DNA from: Oligoflexus sp.
Lineage (GTDB): Bacteria; Bdellovibrionota_B; Oligoflexia; Oligoflexales; Oligoflexaceae
Assembly: GCA_041736305.1 (NCBI GenBank)
Contig: JBGSTX010000206.1
Location: forward strand, 1 to 25,594
DNA: 25,594 nt
Direction: 5' to 3'
The notes beneath the pieces are model-generated. The model was not told the origin of the DNA and made no database searches. It saw only the letters and a program-made list of their open reading frames with translations. The first letter of the stretch is position 1; every line of letters starts with the position of its first letter. The translations under genes were made by a program, and so were the position numbers. Positions 8,364 through 15,896 of the stretch are shown in pieces.

Positions 8364-9449
8364 ATGAATTCTGGCTTGATGGTCTCAGTCTTAGTCGGTG
8401 GTTTGGGTATTGGGGGGGCTGTAGGATATATGGCCGGAGCAGCGACTCGAAATAAGGCAGCGACAAGCTCAGCTAGCAGTTCCGGCGCAGCGTCGGATAC
8501 AGCGTGGTTCTCGTACGACGGACAGACGTATGACACAGCTTCACTTCCTACCGGTGTGCAGACCTCGCTCTACCAGGTCGAACTCGAAGGCTACAATCAG
8601 AAGCAGGCTCAGCTCCGTGAATTTGTAGTGCGGCTAGCTCTGGCCAAGGAACAGAATAAATTTTCGAGCGTCGACAAGCTACCGCCTCTCGAAGAGCTCC
8701 TGCCGACGAGCCCTGCGACGGACGAAGAGGCTAAAGCCTTCTTCGAAGCCAACAAGGATCGGGTACCTCCCGGTACTACCTTTGAGCAGCTCTCGGGCCG
8801 CATCAAAGAGGTTCTGGCTAACGAAAAGCGCGTGAAGTCTTTCAACGAAAAATTTGAAAAGCTCCAGGCCGACGGCAAATTCAAAATGCTGGCGAAAGAA
8901 CCAGTTCCTCCTATCGTCGATATTCCAGTCGCGAACTTTCCAAGTCGTGGGGCCGCATCTGCCACTCATACTCTTGTCGAAATTTCCGACTATCTTTGCC
9001 CCCACTGCCAGCAGATGGCGCCACAGGTTAAGCAGCTCGCTGACAAGTTCGCTGGCAAGCTGAAAGTCGTCCAGATCAATTTCGCCCTGCGTCCTACTCA
9101 GCTGAGCGGCACGATGGTTGAGGGTGGATTCTGCGCTGAAAAACAAGGCGTAGAAGCTTTCTGGAAGTTCCATGAATCTGCGTTCAGTAAGCTCTGGGGA
9201 ACCTTCGCCGACAACTACGACGTTGCCAAGGTTAAGCCAGTTGCAGAAGCTGCTGGCATCAATGTCAAAGACTGGGAAACCTGTATGGCGAGCAACGAGC
9301 CGAAAGAGTGGATGCAGAAAACTCGGGAGATGGTCAACAATCTCGGCGTCACGGGAACCCCGACTTTCTATCTCAACAATAAGCGCATCAATCTCCACAG
9401 CCCTGAAGAATTCAACAAGCTGATCGAAGGAGCTGTCGCTGGTTCTTGA
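8364..9449 (+). CDS. Membrane-anchored DsbA-family thiol:disulfide oxidoreductase with an N-terminal helical (SurA-like) region
   Basis: N-terminal TM segment, SDYLCPHC active site, GVTGTPTFY cis-Pro loop, GGAGG RBS. Confidence 0.85.
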   Translation: MNSGLMVSVLVGGLGIGGAVGYMAGAATRNKAATSSASSSGAASDTAWFSYDGQTYDTASLPTGVQTSLYQVELEGYNQKQAQLREFVVRLALAKEQNKFSSVDKLPPLEELLPTSPATDEEAKAFFEANKDRVPPGTTFEQLSGRIKEVLANEKRVKSFNEKFEKLQADGKFKMLAKEPVPPIVDIPVANFPSRGAASATHTLVEISDYLCPHCQQMAPQVKQLADKFAGKLKVVQINFALRPTQLSGTMVEGGFCAEKQGVEAFWKFHESAFSKLWGTFADNYDVAKVKPVAEAAGINVKDWETCMASNEPKEWMQKTREMVNNLGVTGTPTFYLNNKRINLHSPEEFNKLIEGAVAGS

Positions 9450-9460
9450 GCCTCTATGCT

Positions 9461-9488
9461 AGGTGCACTCCCAGCCTGGGGTGCACCT
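9461..9488 (+). other. GC-rich stem-loop downstream of the DsbA-like gene
   Basis: AGGTGCAC/GTGCACCT arms with further inner pairing and no U-tract. Confidence 0.5.
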
Positions 9489-9766
9489 CGGCCAGTGCCT
9501 CATGCTGAACTCCTTAGGGCGAATCTTAGCCTTTCTTACCGCTTAGAAATAAGTACTTATCAGGAACGCTACCTAATCGCTAAAACACCCAAAACCCCAT
9601 TTGCTGTCTGCGACAGGCTTTTGAAGCGCTGCCTATCCTCCCAGCATCAAAGGAGTAAAAAGTAATTTTAAACTTCTGTGGCTAGCGGTCGAAGGGTATT
9701 TACTGCGAGGATTGGCCGTACAGCGCGGCGATACGAGACTTGCAGCAAGACTGAAAGGACTACACA

Positions 9767-10756
9767 GTGAAAACTTTTTACCTGACGCTCGGTGGCCTGG
9801 CTCTAACTCTTAGCTCCTGGGCATTCAGTTCTCCAAAAGAAGAACATGTCCTCAATCTGCCTCCAAGGCCCGAGAAAGCTCTGAGCGGTACAGCATTCTT
9901 GAAGAAGATCGAATCGATGTCCCCAGCCAAGCGAGAAAATGCCTTTGTGAAAGAAATTCTCCGCGGAAATGTTCCTAACTTCCTACGGCAGCTCACGCCA
10001 GTCGATACCAAGCTTAAGAGCGGGCTCTACAAAGGCCAGACGATGCGCTTCTGGGCTCTTCCCGACTATATCGCAGTCGGCTCCGATACTGACTTCGTTC
10101 GCGTTCCTCTCAATATGCACAGCATCCAACAACTGAACGAAAAACTGGATATGAATCTGCCGACGCGTAAGATGGTGGATGTAATCTACTCCCAGGCACA
10201 GGTGAAGCTCAAGCCAAGCCCGGTCCCTTACTCGCCAGCAGTGGCTTCGACGGGAAATATCCTGAAGCACCATTTCATGGTGCAGAAACAGCTTGATGGG
10301 CGGCAGCTGAGCAGCGGACTGCTGGTGGCTGGACACAAGAAGGATGTAGTACAAAGCCGACGACTGGCGAAGAAACCAGGCTCGATTGCAATTTACGGCT
10401 GGCACAAACTAGATATGCGCCCTATTCAGCCTCTTTCAACCGTTCACAGTGCCGACTACGCCGACTACAGTCATGGAATCCGTTTAGTTGCCAGCCATGT
10501 ACAAGTTGGATCGCGCAGCATGAATCTACAGGAACTGCTTAGTGAAAAGAAAACCGCTATACTTCTCAGTGACGAAGGCACCATCGCTCGCGCAACTAAG
10601 GACTTCCGCAAAGTTAAGAGCAAAGTCAAGTTTGCAAAAGCAGCTCCTAAACCAAAGAAATTCGCAAAAGCGGCTCCTAAAGCAATGAAATTCGCAAAAG
10701 CGGCTCCTAAAGCACCGAAATTCGTGATCAAGAATCAAATAGCTAGGGTCCCCTGA
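9767..10756 (+). CDS. Exported protein of an uncharacterised GHKKD/YGWH/DYSHG family, paralog 1, with a Lys/Ala/Pro repeat tail
   Basis: GTG start after AAGGA, Sec signal ending SSWA, clear colinear similarity to 14999..15883. Confidence 0.85.
   Translation: MKTFYLTLGGLALTLSSWAFSSPKEEHVLNLPPRPEKALSGTAFLKKIESMSPAKRENAFVKEILRGNVPNFLRQLTPVDTKLKSGLYKGQTMRFWALPDYIAVGSDTDFVRVPLNMHSIQQLNEKLDMNLPTRKMVDVIYSQAQVKLKPSPVPYSPAVASTGNILKHHFMVQKQLDGRQLSSGLLVAGHKKDVVQSRRLAKKPGSIAIYGWHKLDMRPIQPLSTVHSADYADYSHGIRLVASHVQVGSRSMNLQELLSEKKTAILLSDEGTIARATKDFRKVKSKVKFAKAAPKPKKFAKAAPKAMKFAKAAPKAPKFVIKNQIARVP
10628..10724 (+). repeat. 30-bp in-frame tandem repeat, about 3.2 copies (KFAKAAPKxx)
   Basis: aagtttgcaaaagcagctcctaaaccaaag / aaattcgcaaaagcggctcctaaagcaatg / aaattcgcaaaagcggctcctaaagcaccg / aaattcg. 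Confidence 0.95.
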
Positions 10757-10783
10757 TCAGTCTTCAATTAAAGCTCTAAATAG

Positions 10784-10817
10784 AAAAAAGGCTGGGTTCA
10801 CAAGGACCCAGCCTTTT
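10784..10817. terminator. Bidirectional intrinsic terminator
   Basis: AAAAAAGGCTGGGT...ACCCAGCCTTTT between convergent paralog 1 and slyD. Confidence 0.9.
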
Positions 10818-10834
10818 AATCTTCTACCGAGACT

Positions 10835-11317
10835 TCAGTGATTATGACCGCCGCGTCCGTGGACGTGACCATGTGTAAGCTCCTCCGATGTAGCGCCGCG
10901 AATTTCGACTACCTTCACATCGAAGTTCAGATTCTTGCCAGCCAGCGGATGGTTAGCGTCGACTGTAACTTCTTTATCCGTAATTTTTACCACGGTGACA
11001 ACCATCATGTCGTCGTCTGTCTGGGCCTGCAGTTGCATACCAGCACGCAAGTCTTTAATGCCGGCAAATTGGCTCCGGGGAACGACTTCAACCAGACTCT
11101 CGTCGCGCTCGCCGTATCCGTCATCGGGTTTAACGCGAACGTTGAAGGCATCGCCTATTTTCTTCCCTACAAAAGCGCGTTCCAAGCCCGGAATAATATT
11201 GCCCATGCCGAGAATAAAAGCTAATGGCTCTTGACCTGACGACGTGTAGATCAGGTTACCCTCGTCATCTTTAACTGTATAATCCATTAAAACTACTGAG
11301 TTTTGTTCTGCGATCAT
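10835..11317 (-). CDS. slyD: FKBP-type peptidyl-prolyl isomerase SlyD
   Basis: IIPGLE, YGERD, VTVDANHPLAGKNLNFDVKVV, ATSEELTHGHVHG short His tail. Confidence 0.95.
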   Translation of the reverse strand: MIAEQNSVVLMDYTVKDDEGNLIYTSSGQEPLAFILGMGNIIPGLERAFVGKKIGDAFNVRVKPDDGYGERDESLVEVVPRSQFAGIKDLRAGMQLQAQTDDDMMVVTVVKITDKEVTVDANHPLAGKNLNFDVKVVEIRGATSEELTHGHVHGRGGHNH

Positions 11318-11368
11318 AAAAGTGTCCTTGGTTCAAGGTAGTCCAGTTGGATACCCTAACACACTAGT

Positions 11369-12868
11369 TTAGACCGGGAAAGTGAGAAAGAGGGGGCCTC
11401 GCGCCAGAAACCAAAGCACTCCAACGACGATTGCGATGATGTAGCTGCTGCGATCTTTTAGTGCAAAGACCAGCGGATCTGTATGCATAACACCTCGATA
11501 CGCTTTGAACCAAAGTCGACTGATCCAGTAGAGCAAAATCGGACAGAGCATCCAGAGTGCCGCCGGGAAACGCATGTGGGACGAGACTTTCGGGTCGTTG
11601 ATATAAAGTGCGAGGACCAGGACCGACAGATACCCGTTGGCAACTCCGACCGCGACGAGCAAGGGAAGATCGGAAACAAGATAAGCTCGACGCGAATTTT
11701 TTTGCTGGGAATTTTGTTCCATGAGTATCAATTCAGAACAGCGTTTGAGCGCAGCGAGCGAGAGAAAGAAGAAGAGGGCGAAGGTCAAAAACCATTCAGA
11801 AATATGCGTGGATGTTACAACTCCACCTGCCAGCACGCGCCAGGTGTAAAGCAGGGCCAGCATGATCACATCCGCCATCACCATCTGCTTGATGCGCAGC
11901 GAATAGAGACAGGTCATCGCAAAGTAGCCGAGTATCACCAGAAAATATGGGGTGGAAAGCGCGAAGCCGATGCCGAGTCCCGCGAAGAGCAAGAGCGGCA
12001 AAAGCAGGAGACCGCGAGCTATAGAGAGCGTTCCCGCCGCAAAAGGCCGCTTCCGATTATCGGGATGTCGCCGGTCAGCTTCGATATCGAGCAGATCGTT
12101 GAGAATATAGACCGACGAGCTGATGAAAGAGTAGGAAATGAAGGCGAAAATGCAATAAATCCAGTGCATCGGATTACCGATGTGATCGGAGAGCAGAGTC
12201 GGGAGGAAGATCAAAAGATTTTTGGCCCACTGGTGAACTCGGAGAGCTTTCGCGTAGACCTTGAGCCCTGCTTTCTTACTGTCAAAGCGCTTCTCGAGAG
12301 GTGCCTGCCGCTCAGCGGCCTGGGCGAGACTCCTGTCTCCGCTTACGACCCATGCTGTAGCTGCTTTCTGCCAGACAGCTAGATCGAATCTGCTGTCTCC
12401 AACATAGTCGAATCCGCGTTCACCATAACGCCGCGCTAGCTCGCCGGCCTTGGCGGAACCGATGAGATTGATGGATGCATTCGAGGCGATAACATCGCTG
12501 AAGATCCCTAAATGCGCAGCTACTTTCTCAGCAAATACTTGCTGCGTGCCACTGGCAAGAACCAGGGGTCGGCCTCGCTTATGTTCACTACGGAGGGCTT
12601 CAAGCAGATCCTCGTGGTAGGGCAGCCGGCTAACATCAATATCTGCGCGCTGAAAAACCTCAGATTTGAAAGCTGCCATTCCCTTGCTGAACCAAAACGG
12701 AAAACGCGCGATATCAAAGATATTGCGGCGCATGACCGCAGCGATTCCTTCGAAGAGGGAATCGGAACGAATGAGCGTCCCATCGAGATCGACGCAAAGC
12801 GGGCGCTGCCCTTTGAAGTCCACCGGTGGTGCTATCTTTTCTACTGGCTTTTCTAGGCTAGTTTCCAT
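11369..12868 (-). CDS. HAD-UbiA fusion: polyprenyl-phosphate phosphoribosyltransferase-like prenyltransferase with an N-terminal HAD phosphatase domain
   Basis: HAD motifs VDLDGTL, LASG, K, YVGDSRFD. UbiA motifs LRVHQWAKNLLIF, YILNDLLDIEADRRHP..RKRPFAAG, KR..EL, TDP. Multiple TM helices. Confidence 0.9.
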   Translation of the reverse strand: METSLEKPVEKIAPPVDFKGQRPLCVDLDGTLIRSDSLFEGIAAVMRRNIFDIARFPFWFSKGMAAFKSEVFQRADIDVSRLPYHEDLLEALRSEHKRGRPLVLASGTQQVFAEKVAAHLGIFSDVIASNASINLIGSAKAGELARRYGERGFDYVGDSRFDLAVWQKAATAWVVSGDRSLAQAAERQAPLEKRFDSKKAGLKVYAKALRVHQWAKNLLIFLPTLLSDHIGNPMHWIYCIFAFISYSFISSSVYILNDLLDIEADRRHPDNRKRPFAAGTLSIARGLLLLPLLLFAGLGIGFALSTPYFLVILGYFAMTCLYSLRIKQMVMADVIMLALLYTWRVLAGGVVTSTHISEWFLTFALFFFLSLAALKRCSELILMEQNSQQKNSRRAYLVSDLPLLVAVGVANGYLSVLVLALYINDPKVSSHMRFPAALWMLCPILLYWISRLWFKAYRGVMHTDPLVFALKDRSSYIIAIVVGVLWFLARGPLFLTFPV

Positions 12869-14808
12869 TATTCACCGGGCCTCTTCTTTTGCAAGAGATA
12901 GAAGAAGTCTCGATTGTCTGGATAACCGATGTAACGCGGGACGTTTCCTTTGAAACGTTCGTCTAGCACTTTCATGCCTTTGATGAGATGCTGCGGCGTA
13001 AGTTCGGAGCCTTTCCCGCGCTCATAAAGAGTCATGTAGGTATGTTCGAGAGCATTCATATCTAAGTGCATGGCGTAATCGCAGCCATAAGCCTGGAATA
13101 CCCGAGCCATGGCCGAAGGCGTCATGCTCGAAAAATATCCGTAAATGATAAAACTACGACCGTCGGCCGCCTGCTGACAGACTCCAGCGCGAAGCGTGCG
13201 GAACTTCTTGTCTTGCGAACCCGACCAGTTGCCGAGAGTCCAATTGCTCACCTGCTGGCCAGGGATCCCTTGTTTCTTGTCTTCGTTCCATTCGAGAATG
13301 GGGACTCCATTTTGTCGAATAAAGCGCATCTCATTCTGCCGTCTGCTGTCGGCATCAGTCCACGTCTTCATTTCGACCTTTCCATCGACTGTAACGATCA
13401 CAGACGAGAGACCAGAGACGGGCGTGCTGAGGACGACCCCGTTTTCCATGAAGCCGTAGTGGGATCCGAGGTTCTTGCGCGAGAGCTCGCCCCAACGGAA
13501 AGCGCCGTGGTCACGCTTGAAACCACCGGTAAAGATTCCAACGAGACGATCGCTGAGGAAAGGTGGAAGAAGGCCGGTTCTGACCACTGGCTCGGTGGTA
13601 TCGAAACCATCGGGTCCTTTGAGAGAATTATCCTTAACTTCAGGCAAAACGCGCTCGGACCAAGCCACTGCAGGGTGATCGGTGCCGAGCGAAAAGCCCA
13701 TTTCGAACTGGCTCAAGTCGAAAGCTACCAGATACGCCACAGCATTGAGTTCCACGGCATCCAGATCTTTGACATAGGAGCGGTATGACTTGAATATTTC
13801 ACTGTCTATGGCGCGGGGCTCGATGAGACTGACGTAAACCCCCTCTCGCAGCTTGGCTCTATACCAGCGCCCGAGCTCCATGTTTCCATCACTGCTGCCT
13901 TGAATGGGAATGCCGAGCTCGACGGCTGGCACCTGAACACCTGTAAAAGCTGGAGCCATGAGTGGATTCTTAGGCCCATTGCTCGTTTCTTCAGCCTCTT
14001 GAGCTTTGCGGCCCTTCCGCGGATCCGAGGTTATGAGAAAGCTGTCTTTGAAGACAGTTTCTTTGACGATATTCGTAATAGTCTCACCGCCCCAGACCTG
14101 TGAACGCAGAAATTCGGTGACCCATTCTTTGGTGGTGCGATAGCCATCGATACGATTACGGAGATAGACCGCACCCTTACAGAGCCCGACAAAGGGAGCA
14201 TTGGCTTCACTTGCCGTCTTGAGGGCCTGTCCGCTGTTTCGGCCCCAGAGTTCGCAGCCCGAGCCCGAACCTTTACCGTCCCGAATCCAGAGCCCGCCGC
14301 GGAAGGTGGGGTTCAATTCGAACCAAGCATTCTGTGGATTGGCGTTATCGATGTGATACCACTCGATGCGTTTGCTATCCCACACCAGCTTCAGCAGGTA
14401 CCACGAGTTCACTTTGGGGCTGAGGTTGATGACTTCGACTTCTAGCGGTTCCTGACGGCCACTGAGCCGAAGCCGAAATTCCTGCCTTTCGCTCTGGAGA
14501 TCGATGACGGTTCGCCCGACCCCTGGTTGTCCAGGGCCACGCGGCGGACGCTTAGCGGCGAGGGAGGAACTCTGGGCTACACTTCGAGACAGCTCTTCGA
14601 GAAAGCAGACGATGTCGCCGATATCGCGGCAGATCATTTCCTCGGAATCGATGCTCGGAACGTTTTCACTTTCCACCACGCTGGGCTGATCGCCATCTTG
14701 GGCAGAGACGGAGCTGAGGCAGGGGATCATGGAAAAAAAGGCGAGGCAAAGAGGAGCCTTCCAATGAAGGCTTCGGGCGAAGAGTAAGCTTTTAAAATGA
14801 GCAAGCAT
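12868..14808 (-). CDS. Large exported protein with a C-terminal phosphodiester glycosidase (NAGPA)-like domain
   Basis: Signal-like N-terminus (ATG 14808, alternative TTG 14814). C-terminal FTGGFKRDHG, IRQNG.P, RAGVC, FIIYGY, AMHLDMN. The stop overlaps the ubiA-like start (TAATG). Confidence 0.6.
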   Translation of the reverse strand: MLAHFKSLLFARSLHWKAPLCLAFFSMIPCLSSVSAQDGDQPSVVESENVPSIDSEEMICRDIGDIVCFLEELSRSVAQSSSLAAKRPPRGPGQPGVGRTVIDLQSERQEFRLRLSGRQEPLEVEVINLSPKVNSWYLLKLVWDSKRIEWYHIDNANPQNAWFELNPTFRGGLWIRDGKGSGSGCELWGRNSGQALKTASEANAPFVGLCKGAVYLRNRIDGYRTTKEWVTEFLRSQVWGGETITNIVKETVFKDSFLITSDPRKGRKAQEAEETSNGPKNPLMAPAFTGVQVPAVELGIPIQGSSDGNMELGRWYRAKLREGVYVSLIEPRAIDSEIFKSYRSYVKDLDAVELNAVAYLVAFDLSQFEMGFSLGTDHPAVAWSERVLPEVKDNSLKGPDGFDTTEPVVRTGLLPPFLSDRLVGIFTGGFKRDHGAFRWGELSRKNLGSHYGFMENGVVLSTPVSGLSSVIVTVDGKVEMKTWTDADSRRQNEMRFIRQNGVPILEWNEDKKQGIPGQQVSNWTLGNWSGSQDKKFRTLRAGVCQQAADGRSFIIYGYFSSMTPSAMARVFQAYGCDYAMHLDMNALEHTYMTLYERGKGSELTPQHLIKGMKVLDERFKGNVPRYIGYPDNRDFFYLLQKKRPGE

Positions 14809-14998
14809 TTGCAAAAGCCATAAAAAATAATTTCAGATGTGCGGGTACCTGGAAGGTATCGATAGAACTGAGCTATAACTTGAGGGACGCCACCAGGTAC
14901 TTGGTCTAATCGGTCTATTTGATTGCAGATTTTTTCTAGCATCTCGCTTACAATGATGGGATGCGAAGTCAGGCCGCAGCTAGCTCAGGAGGGGGACT

Positions 14999-15883
14999 AT
15001 GGGTTTGAGCGCGATGAAGCTCTACTTATTAACTTGGATCGTGCTGACTCTCAACGCTTGCGTTACGCAAGAGAGCGCTCCAGTCTATACCAGCGGTATC
15101 CCCTCGCGACCAAGTTCGGCCCTGGGAGCCAAGGGTCTCTATAACGAATTCAGCCGGGCCAATGAATCAACTCGGGAAGCGGCCATCTACCGGGAGTTGT
15201 CGCGCGGCAACCTGCCGAATTATCTCAGACGTCAGGTGCCGGTTCGCTATTCAGCCAAAACCCGCTCAGGCATTACCAAGCGAGTCACTCTCTGGGTGCT
15301 GCCTGATTATCTGGCGATCGGCTCCGATGCAGATTTCCTGCGCATTCCCATGAGCCCTATCACGGCGCAGAAAGTTGCCGATCGCTTCGGCTTAATGCTG
15401 CCGACGGTAAGAATGGTCGATGCCATCTATCAGCAGGCCCCCCTACGCCTGGCGCCCCGACCGTTTAAGCCTGGGCGCACTATGGTAACGATTCCAGAGT
15501 TCTATCGGCATCAGTCTACGGTTCAGGCTCAGCTTGGGGGGCGACCCCCTCGAGGTCTAGTCGCTGGCCATAAAAAGGATATAGTGATCAGCAAACGCTT
15601 ACAGACGCTTCCCAAGAGAGTCGCAATTTATGGCTGGCATCAATTGAACGGTCGCGCTATTCAGCCTCTTAGCCTGGTGCACGGCAATTGGTATGCCGAC
15701 TACAGTCACGGTGTGCGCCTGGTGAGTTCTCTTGTCCAGATAGACCAGCAGACGCTGCGGCTGGTCGATGTTCTGAAGAATCCTGAACTGGCACCTCTTC
15801 TGAGCTACGAGGGGACTCTTTCACAGGCCCGTTATCCCGTGAACGACGCCGACCTCAGGCGGCAGTGGATGCCACAATCTTAG
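14999..15883 (+). CDS. Lipoprotein of the uncharacterised GHKKD/YGWH/DYSHG family, paralog 2
   Basis: GGAGG RBS, MKLYLLTWIVLTLNAC lipobox, about 40% identity to the core of 9767..10756 by manual alignment. Confidence 0.85.
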   Translation: MGLSAMKLYLLTWIVLTLNACVTQESAPVYTSGIPSRPSSALGAKGLYNEFSRANESTREAAIYRELSRGNLPNYLRRQVPVRYSAKTRSGITKRVTLWVLPDYLAIGSDADFLRIPMSPITAQKVADRFGLMLPTVRMVDAIYQQAPLRLAPRPFKPGRTMVTIPEFYRHQSTVQAQLGGRPPRGLVAGHKKDIVISKRLQTLPKRVAIYGWHQLNGRAIQPLSLVHGNWYADYSHGVRLVSSLVQIDQQTLRLVDVLKNPELAPLLSYEGTLSQARYPVNDADLRRQWMPQS

Positions 15884-15896
15884 CGAGTATAAGCTC

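Noticed and set aside
8679-9398. 239-aa minus-strand ORF
   Set aside because: It is antisense to the DsbA-like gene and is explained by codon bias.
9456-9665. 69-aa ORF in the DsbA/paralog 1 gap (likewise 3293..3523)
   Set aside because: No RBS or protein-like features, and it overlaps a hairpin and likely promoter DNA.
10628-10724. 30-bp repeats as a mini CRISPR array
   Set aside because: The units are directly tandem and in frame within a CDS, with only 6 variable nt between conserved cores. There are no spacer-length unique sequences and no cas genes.
11483-12382. 299-aa plus-strand ORF
   Set aside because: It is fully antisense to the well-supported HAD-UbiA gene and has no recognisable motifs, so it is a shadow ORF.
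13066-13788. 240-aa plus-strand ORF
   Set aside because: It is antisense to the 648-aa gene and has no independent support.
14815-14998. Purine riboswitch upstream of the lipoprotein-ade unit
   Set aside because: The conserved purine aptamer core and three-way junction are not evident.
10380-15725. Similar 3' segments of the two paralogs as a DGR template/variable repeat pair
   Set aside because: Both segments are coding, the differences are largely synonymous and not adenine-specific, and no reverse transcriptase is present.
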